Part shown: piece after piece, positions 26,172 to 33,543 of the stretch
Layout: each line of letters starts with the position of its first letter
Position numbering within the stretch: the stretch's first letter is position 1
Assembly (NCBI GenBank): GCA_021738725.1
Contig: JAIPBE010000005.1
Coordinates: 10,174-74,173, forward strand
From: Saprospiraceae bacterium
GTDB lineage: Bacteria > Bacteroidota > Bacteroidia > Chitinophagales > Saprospiraceae
DNA length: 64,000 bases
Reading direction: 5' to 3'
Notes under the pieces: generated by a model
What the model saw: the letters and a program-made list of their open reading frames with translations, nothing else
Database searches by the model: none
Told to the model about the DNA's origin: nothing
Program-made: the position numbers and the translations under genes

Positions 26172-26179
26172 CAAATGTA
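26172..26179 (-). promoter_or_regulatory. Bacteroidota sigma-A -7 box (TAnnTTTG) for the six-gene operon
   Basis: The minus strand reads TACATTTG, about 40 nt upstream of ATG 26132. A TTTG lies 23 nt further upstream (26206-26203) as a possible -33 element. Confidence 0.5.
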
Positions 26180-26276
26180 GACAAACGCTTGCAGAAATCG
26201 GTCAAACACACGGATTCCAGCTCCCTGAGGTAAACAACAACTTCGTTCTTCAACGGAGTTCGATTAACTTTACCGA

Positions 26277-27548
26277 ATGGAAGGACACTCTAAAATCCAT
26301 GTCAGTTCGGAGATCGGCACGCTCAAACGAGTGATGGTCCATCGACCAGACGCCGGCATTGCGCGCATCAGCCCCAAACGTGCCTCTGAACTTCTGTTTG
26401 ACGACATTGTCCACCTGCCGCAAATGCAGGAGGAACACGACATTTTTACAGCAGTTCTGGAGGCTTTTCTTGGCAAGGAAAATGTCCTGGAAAGTCACCA
26501 ACTCCTGCTCGAATCACTCCAGCACGATCGGGATACTCGTGATGAGGTCATCCGTATGATTATTGATTATGAGGAGCTGCCAAAGAGCTACGTGCAAATG
26601 CTCAGCGATCTTCCCGATGAAGAACTGGCCAAGACCCTGATCACAGGATACCTGGCCAGTGACGATCATATCCTGCTGGACCCTATTCCCAATTTCATTT
26701 TCACACGCGACCTGGCTGTGGTCATCAACGACCATGTAGTGATCACCAAGGCCTCCAAGATGGCACGGTTCAGAGAGAATTTCCTGACACGGTTTATCTG
26801 CTGGTCGCATCCCATATTTCGAAATCTGCGGGAGGCTGGCAAAATCATCAATCTCAATCATGCGGATGAGTTCCCCCCTTCCAAAAAGGGAGAGAGTGTA
26901 TCCATGGAGGGCGGAGATATGATGATCATCAACCGTGATTATCTGCTTATAGGGTGCAGTGAACGGACAACTGCGCATGCCATCCATCTCTTGAAAGAGA
27001 CACTTTTTGCCAAGAATGTCGTGCAGCATGTCGTGCAAATCAATATCCCGCAGGATCGATCCTACATGCACATCGACACCATCTTCACCCAGATCTCACA
27101 ACACCATATCACTGCATATAAACCTATCGTCATGGATGGATTAGCCTCCAATGTGCAGGTATTTTCAAGCAAGGGTGATTATCGGGAATATGGCAGCGTA
27201 CAGGAATTCTTCCACAATGAAATCGACAGTGAAATGGAATTCATTGCCAGTGGCAATGGACAAAGTCCCTATCAGGAACGGGAACAATGGACGGACGGCT
27301 GCAACCTGGTCACACTAAAACCGGGCGTGGCCCTGACCTATGATCGCAATCCCGAAACCGAAAAAGCATTTGAAGCAAAAGGGTATCGAATCTTGCATGC
27401 ACATGATTTTCTAAAAGCATATAAAGCCGGTACGCTGGATCCAGAAACGATCGAAAACACCATCATCACTCTGCCCTCCAATGAATTGTCCAGAGCAAGA
27501 GGTGGGTCACATTGCATGACCTGTCCACTGGAGCGGGCACCAATCTGA
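26277..27548 (+). CDS. arcA: Arginine deiminase (guanidino-group modifying enzyme superfamily)
   Basis: The N-terminal VSSEIGTLKRVMVHRPD matches the ADI start motif (SEIG.Lk.V.lHrP). The C-terminal catalytic Cys context is GGSHCMTCPLER. The 423-aa length is appropriate. Confidence 0.7.
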   Translation: MEGHSKIHVSSEIGTLKRVMVHRPDAGIARISPKRASELLFDDIVHLPQMQEEHDIFTAVLEAFLGKENVLESHQLLLESLQHDRDTRDEVIRMIIDYEELPKSYVQMLSDLPDEELAKTLITGYLASDDHILLDPIPNFIFTRDLAVVINDHVVITKASKMARFRENFLTRFICWSHPIFRNLREAGKIINLNHADEFPPSKKGESVSMEGGDMMIINRDYLLIGCSERTTAHAIHLLKETLFAKNVVQHVVQINIPQDRSYMHIDTIFTQISQHHITAYKPIVMDGLASNVQVFSSKGDYREYGSVQEFFHNEIDSEMEFIASGNGQSPYQEREQWTDGCNLVTLKPGVALTYDRNPETEKAFEAKGYRILHAHDFLKAYKAGTLDPETIENTIITLPSNELSRARGGSHCMTCPLERAPI

Positions 27549-27552
27549 CCCT

Positions 27553-27960
27553 ATGTTTACGCATGAGGCCCGAATTCGGGTTCGATATAGTGAGACCGAC
27601 CAGATGGGAGTCGTGTATTATGGCCACTATGCACAGTATTTTGAGGTAGGACGCACCGAGGCCATCCGAGCGATGGGACTGACCTATCGAGAATTGGAGG
27701 AAGCGGGAATCCTCATGCCGGTCATCGAATTAATAGTCCGCTATATTCGCCCTGCACGATATGATGACCTGTTGGTCATCCGTACGACCATCCGGGAATT
27801 ACCGGGTAAAAGCATTACATTTTTCTCAGAACTGTATAATGAACAAGAAAAACATCTGACGTCAGGCAATGTGACCCTGGCATTTGTCCGAAAATCATCA
27901 GGCAGGCCATGTGCCCCACCTGCCGCATTACTTGACCGATTAGGCCCCTTCTTTGTATGA
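27553..27960 (+). CDS. Acyl-CoA thioesterase, YbgC/4HBT hot-dog family
   Basis: RVRYSETDQMGVVYYGHYAQYFEVGRTEAIR is the canonical 4HBT N-terminal motif. Confidence 0.85.
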   Translation: MFTHEARIRVRYSETDQMGVVYYGHYAQYFEVGRTEAIRAMGLTYRELEEAGILMPVIELIVRYIRPARYDDLLVIRTTIRELPGKSITFFSELYNEQEKHLTSGNVTLAFVRKSSGRPCAPPAALLDRLGPFFV

Positions 27961-28955
27961 ATTTTTTCACGCGCATGATTTCTCTGTTTCGATCCTGGAT
28001 CAAACCGATCTGGGCCCTGTGGAGCACATGGTTGCGTGACAATAGTCTACCCGGGTTTAACGGTGTTTCGATCTGGAACGTCGGTGAATTTCTGATCCAT
28101 GAGGTACGCAAGGATGATCCTTTTATGCGCGCCAATGCAGTGGCTTTTTCCTTTTTTCTGTCTCTCTTTCCAGCCATTATCACCTTGTTCACCTTGCTTC
28201 CCTATCTCCCCATCTATGAACTCTTCAGTGTCACCCTCCAGGATACTGTTCGGGGTATCATGCCGGGTACTGCAGGGGATTGGCTGGTGAGCTTTCTGAA
28301 TGATATTGCAACCCGAGAACGCCGGGGGCTGTTGTCATTCAGCACACTGCTGGCACTTTATTTTTCTACAAGTGGCACGGCGACATTGATGTATTCCTTT
28401 GAGAAGGATATGCCACAGATATTTAAAAACCGGAATCCAATTATGAAACGTTGGATTGCCTTATGGCTTACGGTCATCTTAGCGGTACTCGTCGTCGTGT
28501 CAATCGGTCTGGTGATCGCCGGACACCTCGTGGTTGGATTTCTCACCCAGAATGTGCATGCAGACTGGGTCACCACCGTCAGCTTTGAGATGCTCCGCTG
28601 GATTCTGGTCATTTCCCTGTTTTACAGCAGTATTTCTCTTCTTTATCGTTATGGAGCCCCGACGAAAACGCGTTTTCATTTTTTCAGCACAGGTGCCACG
28701 GTAGCCACCATTCTGGCACTCCTCTCCTCTATCCTTTTCTCCATGTATATCAATGCTTTCGGCACTTACAACAAGTTGTACGGCTCCATTGGAACCATTA
28801 TCGCCATGATGCTGTGGCTGCAGATCAATGCCTTTGTTATTATCTCCGGATATGAATTGAATACCGCCATCCTGTTTCATCGGATCACGCGAAAAGATAT
28901 TCATCCACCGGTGGCGCCTGATAGTCCGGAAGATGATCCTTCGCTCCATCGATAG
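27957..28955 (+). CDS. YihY/BrkB family membrane protein
   Basis: RANAVAFSFFLSLFPAIITLF and YGSIGTIIAMMLWLQINAFVIISGYELN match the family. Its ATG overlaps the thioesterase stop as ATGA. Confidence 0.8.
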   Translation: MNFFTRMISLFRSWIKPIWALWSTWLRDNSLPGFNGVSIWNVGEFLIHEVRKDDPFMRANAVAFSFFLSLFPAIITLFTLLPYLPIYELFSVTLQDTVRGIMPGTAGDWLVSFLNDIATRERRGLLSFSTLLALYFSTSGTATLMYSFEKDMPQIFKNRNPIMKRWIALWLTVILAVLVVVSIGLVIAGHLVVGFLTQNVHADWVTTVSFEMLRWILVISLFYSSISLLYRYGAPTKTRFHFFSTGATVATILALLSSILFSMYINAFGTYNKLYGSIGTIIAMMLWLQINAFVIISGYELNTAILFHRITRKDIHPPVAPDSPEDDPSLHR

Positions 28956-29497
28956 GTATCCAGATCAAAGCCGGCAAGATCCAGGACCCGGTCCACAACG
29001 GTGCGCGCCATGTCTTCCACCGTTTTCGCCCCACCATAAAAAGACGGCGATGCTGGTGCAATGATCCCACCTGCTTCTGTCACCTGCACCATATTGCGTA
29101 GATGGATCAAACTCAGAGGTGTCTCCCTGGGCACCAGGATCAACCGCCGACGTTCCTTGAGGATCACATCAGCCGCACGGGTCATCAGATCATCGCTCAC
29201 CCCGGAAGCGATCCGCCCCAGAGTCCCCATCGAACAGGGACAAACGATCATCGTGTCATACCGGGCCGAGCCCGATGCAAATGGGGCGTAAAAATCAGAC
29301 TTTTCGTAAAAGTCAAACGGGTATTGGTCAGGAGAAAACGCACCCAGTTCCAACTCCCAATTAATCAGCGCATTCTTGCTCAGAACGACCCCGACCTGGC
29401 TCCACTGTCCCTTGAGAAGAGCCATTTGCTCAAATAGGACTTTGGTGTAAATACTGCCGCTGGAACCTGCGACACCGATGACGATCTTTCTATTCAT
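28901..29497 (-). CDS. ubiX: Flavin prenyltransferase UbiX
   Basis: IVIGVAGSSGSIY, MIVCPCSMGTLGRIASGVSDDLMTRAADVILKERRRLILVPRETPLS. Confidence 0.9.
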   Translation of the reverse strand: MNRKIVIGVAGSSGSIYTKVLFEQMALLKGQWSQVGVVLSKNALINWELELGAFSPDQYPFDFYEKSDFYAPFASGSARYDTMIVCPCSMGTLGRIASGVSDDLMTRAADVILKERRRLILVPRETPLSLIHLRNMVQVTEAGGIIAPASPSFYGGAKTVEDMARTVVDRVLDLAGFDLDTYRWSEGSSSGLSGATGG

Positions 29498-29601
29498 ATC
29501 GGCGAAGTATGGTGAACACTGGAAACATGTCCGGAGAAAAAAGAGTTTTGATGACCAAACATCAGGAAGATACTACTCTCCATGTCAAATCCATGGAACG
29601 G

Positions 29602-30915
29602 CTATCGTGCTGGCAATACTTCCGCCACGACAAAGATGCTCCCGCACACCAGGATGAGATCAGCTGGTTTCGCTGCATCTCGGGCGGCTTTCAGTCCACC
29701 TTTCACTGTTGTATACGATTTGCCTGAGTGCCCAGTGTGTGCAGCCTCCTGCTCGATCAACAAGGCTTCCATGGCGCGGGGTACCTGGGCCTGCACAAAA
29801 TAATACCTGGCGGAGGTTGGCAATATTGGCCAGATCCTGGACAGGTCCTTATCCTTGACTGTCCCAAATACGATATGCAATTCATCATATGTGTACACGT
29901 CCAGGCCGGAAAATAATGCCTTCAAGCCAGCTTCATTATGAGCACTGTCACAGAGCACTCTGGGATGTTGGCGAATCGTCTGCCATCGACCAATAAAACG
30001 AGTGGATGGTCGAACATCTCTCAATACGTGGATGATGGCCGGGTCGTTTGGCTCCAACCATCCCTGTTGTTGTAAGACTCGGACAGACTCCAGATAGGTC
30101 ACTATATTTCGGGGCTGGTAGGGGCCTTCCAGGTCCGTCTCGATCTGGTGCAAGGCTCCGGATACCCGCTCATTGATCAGTACCTGTTGTCCTCCTTCCT
30201 GAGGTGATCTGGAGATCACCTGAAAGGCCCGACTGGCAAAGGTCAGAGGCGCCTGTTGTAGAGCCGCCATCTCGATAAACGTGACGGCTGTATCGGGGTG
30301 TTCTTCGCCGATCACCACCGGGACATGCGGTTTGATGATACCGGCTTTTTCGGCCGCGATCTCTGGGAGAGTTTCCCCCAGAAATTCCATATGATCATAC
30401 CCGATATTGGTGATCACGGACATGATCGGCAACAGCACATTGGTCGAATCGAGGCGCCCCCCCATTCCTGTCTCGATCACGGCAAAATCGACTTTAACCT
30501 GAGAGAAATACCAGAAAGCCATGGCAACGGTCACCTCAAAAAAAGAGGGTTGGATCTTTTCAATCAAGGATCGATGGTCTCGCATAAACGCGATGACATA
30601 TCGGGGTGGGATCAATTTGCGTCCCACTTTGATCCGCTCTCTGAAGTCGCGATAATGCGGAGAGGTGTATAGGCCAGTCCGATATCCATTCTTCAGAAGC
30701 AGCGCCCCGATCATATGAGTCAGGCTGCCCTTGCCGTTGGTGCCGGCAATGTGGATACTCTTGAAGTCACGCTCCGGGTTCCCCAGGGCGGACAACAGTG
30801 CTCTGGTATTGCCCAGGTCCTTCTTGAAGGCTACTGCCCCAACTCGTTGGAACATCGGTAACATGGCAAACATGTCTTCCAGTGTTTGCTGATATTCCTG
30901 TTGCCAATTCTGCAT
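29602..30915 (-). CDS. folC: Bifunctional folylpolyglutamate synthase/dihydrofolate synthase
   Basis: The P-loop is HIAGTNGKGS. TSPHY, IETGMGGRLDSTNV and DSAHN are Mur-ligase family motifs. Confidence 0.9.
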   Translation of the reverse strand: MQNWQQEYQQTLEDMFAMLPMFQRVGAVAFKKDLGNTRALLSALGNPERDFKSIHIAGTNGKGSLTHMIGALLLKNGYRTGLYTSPHYRDFRERIKVGRKLIPPRYVIAFMRDHRSLIEKIQPSFFEVTVAMAFWYFSQVKVDFAVIETGMGGRLDSTNVLLPIMSVITNIGYDHMEFLGETLPEIAAEKAGIIKPHVPVVIGEEHPDTAVTFIEMAALQQAPLTFASRAFQVISRSPQEGGQQVLINERVSGALHQIETDLEGPYQPRNIVTYLESVRVLQQQGWLEPNDPAIIHVLRDVRPSTRFIGRWQTIRQHPRVLCDSAHNEAGLKALFSGLDVYTYDELHIVFGTVKDKDLSRIWPILPTSARYYFVQAQVPRAMEALLIEQEAAHTGHSGKSYTTVKGGLKAARDAAKPADLILVCGSIFVVAEVLPAR

Positions 30916-30947
30916 AAACCGAAAAGGGAAATTCCTGCAGGGAGGAA

Positions 30948-31823
30948 TTACTTGACCTTAAAGTCGTAGGTGATCGTCCCGCATTGCTCATCGAGGTTCG
31001 ATTGGGAGAACAGATATCGGTAGGCATTCTGTTTTGCCAGCGTCACCAGACGGCTGTCGGATGTAGTAGACCCCCTCTGTGTATAATCCGCTTTGGTGAC
31101 ATTGCCCATCCGGTCCACACAGACATAAATCACCACACGCCCCGTTTTTTGGGAACTGTCGCTGATCTCCGGGGCTCGTTTTACCCCGCGATTGGTGAGT
31201 CCATCGCCAACCACGCCAGATCCTTTGCTGATTCCTTCCAATTTGGTCGCATCCGGATCACCATCCGGCACACCCTGATTGCCCGGGGTGCCTTTGTCTC
31301 CTTTGCCGGAGCCTCCGAAAAAGTCGCCATATTGCTTGCGGGCTTTGTCGTATTCAGCTTTCTTCTGGGCTGCGGCTTCTGCTGCCGCTTTTTTTCGCGC
31401 AGCATCTTCCTCCGCTTTACGGCGGGCAGCATCTTCAGCTGCTGCCTTGGCGTCCTCCTGCTCTTTCTGCTTTCTGATCCTGATCTCCGAATCATCAACC
31501 GTCATGATCTTCTTCTCCACGGGTTTGGGTGGTGCTACTTCTTCCTTGACCGGCTCGGGGACATCTTCCGGCTGTGACTCTTCTACTGGCGTCTCTACAT
31601 ATTCTTCCTGCTGTACATCCGGACGATCATCGCCCTGCCCCTGATTGATCTCTCCAAAACTGATGAGCACACCTTCCTGACCTGGAGGTGGGTCCTGATA
31701 GGACATCAAAGGCAAAAGTGCCAACAGAATGATGAGCGCATGGATGGTGATGCTGATCAACAGGCCTTTGCGGCGTTCCTTTTCTTCATCCTGGGTGATC
31801 TGTAATGTGTTCATATCAGTCAT
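30948..31823 (-). CDS. tonB: TonB-like energy transducer (N-terminal TM, Pro/Glu-rich and Lys/Ala/Glu-rich spacers, C-terminal TonB-type domain)
   Basis: The TM is GLLISITIHALIILLALLPL. The spacer is VETPVEESQPEDVPEPVKEEVAPPKPVEKK. The C-terminal motif is GRVVIYVCVDRMGNV...CGTITYDFKV. It sits directly downstream of exbB-exbD-exbD. Confidence 0.7.
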   Translation of the reverse strand: MTDMNTLQITQDEEKERRKGLLISITIHALIILLALLPLMSYQDPPPGQEGVLISFGEINQGQGDDRPDVQQEEYVETPVEESQPEDVPEPVKEEVAPPKPVEKKIMTVDDSEIRIRKQKEQEDAKAAAEDAARRKAEEDAARKKAAAEAAAQKKAEYDKARKQYGDFFGGSGKGDKGTPGNQGVPDGDPDATKLEGISKGSGVVGDGLTNRGVKRAPEISDSSQKTGRVVIYVCVDRMGNVTKADYTQRGSTTSDSRLVTLAKQNAYRYLFSQSNLDEQCGTITYDFKVK

Positions 31824-31882
31824 GTAACGGAAGAAGTGATGCGTTTGGTTTCCTCGGGTCGAGGACTTAACAGGTTATTGAC

Positions 31883-32281
31883 TCATTCTGCGGTGGCGAG
31901 AATGGCATTTGCGTCATATTTCAGGGCCAGGTCCATCACCACCACTACATTTTCTACGGGTGCCTGATCATGAGGAGATAGCAGGACAGAGAACCCCTTT
32001 CCCTTTCGCCGGGACAACGACGCAAACTCGCGATCCAGACCGGAGGCATCCACTCGTCGACCGTCCATGAAGTAATGACCATCCGAGCCAATGGTGACAT
32101 CGGGCAGGGCATCATCACTGGTACTTCGGGAGGTGGACTTGCCGGGCAACTTCAGATTCAAGGCATTGGGAGCCACCAGGTTGGAGGTCAACATAAAGAA
32201 GATCAACAACAGGAATATGATGTCTGTCATGGAGGACATACTGAACTCTGAAATGGTCCTGCTTTTCCGCTTGAGTGGCAT
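31883..32281 (-). CDS. exbD: Biopolymer transport protein ExbD/TolR
   Basis: MTDIIFLLLIFFMLTS is the TM with the conserved Asp. It is 132 aa long, and the call also rests on its position. Confidence 0.85.
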   Translation of the reverse strand: MPLKRKSRTISEFSMSSMTDIIFLLLIFFMLTSNLVAPNALNLKLPGKSTSRSTSDDALPDVTIGSDGHYFMDGRRVDASGLDREFASLSRRKGKGFSVLLSPHDQAPVENVVVVMDLALKYDANAILATAE

Positions 32282-32295
32282 AGAGGCGATTTGGA

Positions 32296-32694
32296 TTAGG
32301 AACGAGGCTGAGTGGCCAGGATCGCTTTCATTTTCAATTCGTTGGCAACGCCAAGCACTTTCATCACATGGGTAAAGGGAACGCCAACCTCTGCAATGAT
32401 TGTGATCGTGGCATTCTCCTGGTTTCCCATGCGTGTGATGACCTGGCGAATCTCCGGTTTGAGTGCAGCGGACGGGATATCCTTTCCATTCACAGAAAAG
32501 GTTCCATTCTGCTGGATCGATACACTTAACGAACTCGGAGCAACCGTTTTATTATCCGACTGTGGCAGCTGCAGCTTCTTCACATTGACAAATGTGGCTG
32601 TCAACATGAAGAACACCAGCAGTAAGAAGATGATATCCGTCAGCGAGGACATACTGAATTCGGCGATCGCCTTACTGCGTTTTTTCATAGCCAT
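32296..32694 (-). CDS. exbD: Biopolymer transport protein ExbD/TolR (second copy)
   Basis: LTDIIFLLLVFFMLTATF; 132 aa. Confidence 0.85.
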   Translation of the reverse strand: MAMKKRSKAIAEFSMSSLTDIIFLLLVFFMLTATFVNVKKLQLPQSDNKTVAPSSLSVSIQQNGTFSVNGKDIPSAALKPEIRQVITRMGNQENATITIIAEVGVPFTHVMKVLGVANELKMKAILATQPRS

Positions 32695-32701
32695 GAGCAG
32701 A

Positions 32702-33385
32702 TCAGGATGGCTCCTGCAATAGGTCCATGAATTCGGTAGTCGACCGCTCCATCTTGAAGATCACCTTCTCCACATTGGCGACCAAAAGGTTGTAGCCGAT
32801 CAGGGAGAAAAGACCGACCACCAGACCAAATGCAGTGGTGATCAAGGCCTGGTAGATACCACCCGCCAATACTTCGGGAGTCACATTCTGCTCAGCCGCC
32901 ATTTTGTAGAAGGCGATGATCATACCTGTGACGGTACCCAGGAATCCCAACATGGGGGCAGCACCGGCGATGCTCGCGAGAGTGGACAGATTCTTCTCCA
33001 GTTTGAAGATCTCCAGGTTGCCGACGTTCTCGATAGCGGCATCAATATCCCGGAGGGGTTTTCCGATCCGCATGAGTCCTTTTTCAACCATTCGGCTGAT
33101 CGGTGAATCAGTGCCGGCACAAAGGGATTGCGCCGCTTTGATATTTCCAGATTGGACACTGAGGCGAATGTTGTTCATGAAGTTCTCATCAATCTTCCCG
33201 GATTTGGCAATACTGAAGTATCGCTCGATAAAGATGGATACGGCAATGAATGACATGATCACTTGAAGGGCGACGATCACGACGCCGATAGGACCTCCGG
33301 AAAAGAGAATATCCGCAAAACTTTGTGATTTGGTCTCCGTTTGCTCCAGCTCGGCCTGGAGAAGGAAGAAAAGAGGGTGCATCAT
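32702..33385 (-). CDS. exbB: MotA/TolQ/ExbB proton-channel protein
   Basis: LASIAGAAPMLGFLGTVTGMIIAF ... ALITTAFGLVVG is the canonical ExbB TM2-TM3 region. Confidence 0.9.
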   Translation of the reverse strand: MMHPLFFLLQAELEQTETKSQSFADILFSGGPIGVVIVALQVIMSFIAVSIFIERYFSIAKSGKIDENFMNNIRLSVQSGNIKAAQSLCAGTDSPISRMVEKGLMRIGKPLRDIDAAIENVGNLEIFKLEKNLSTLASIAGAAPMLGFLGTVTGMIIAFYKMAAEQNVTPEVLAGGIYQALITTAFGLVVGLFSLIGYNLLVANVEKVIFKMERSTTEFMDLLQEPS

Positions 33386-33504
33386 AGGAAAGACGATTTG
33401 GAATCTTTGAACGAATTCAGACGCTGCAAATTATAAACACATTAAGGATTTTTAAGCATCTTGAGGATAACTTCTGGATTCCTGCATTATTCAACACGAA
33501 TCCG

Positions 33505-33512
33505 TAGATTTG
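33505..33512 (+). promoter_or_regulatory. Bacteroidota -7 box (TAnnTTTG) upstream of the beta-oxidation operon
   Basis: TAGATTTG lies 32 nt upstream of ATG 33544. I found no convincing -33 TTG. Confidence 0.45.
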
Positions 33513-33516
33513 TCAC

Positions 33517-33530
33517 AGCGAATATTCGCT
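33517..33530. promoter_or_regulatory. Perfect 14-bp palindrome AGCGAATATTCGCT, a candidate operator
   Basis: The sequence is self-complementary. It lies between the -7 box (33505-33512) and the start codon (33544) of the 3-hydroxyacyl-CoA dehydrogenase/thiolase operon. Confidence 0.45.
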
Positions 33531-33543
33531 TAAAGAGAAGACG

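Noticed and set aside
31340-31470. Repetitive GC-rich DNA with recurring GCAGCATCTTC units
   Set aside because: It encodes the Lys/Ala/Glu-rich spacer of the TonB-like protein (AAEDAARRKAEEDAARKKAAAEAAAQKK). This is low-complexity coding repeat, not a CRISPR array, a tandem regulatory repeat or a mobile-element end.
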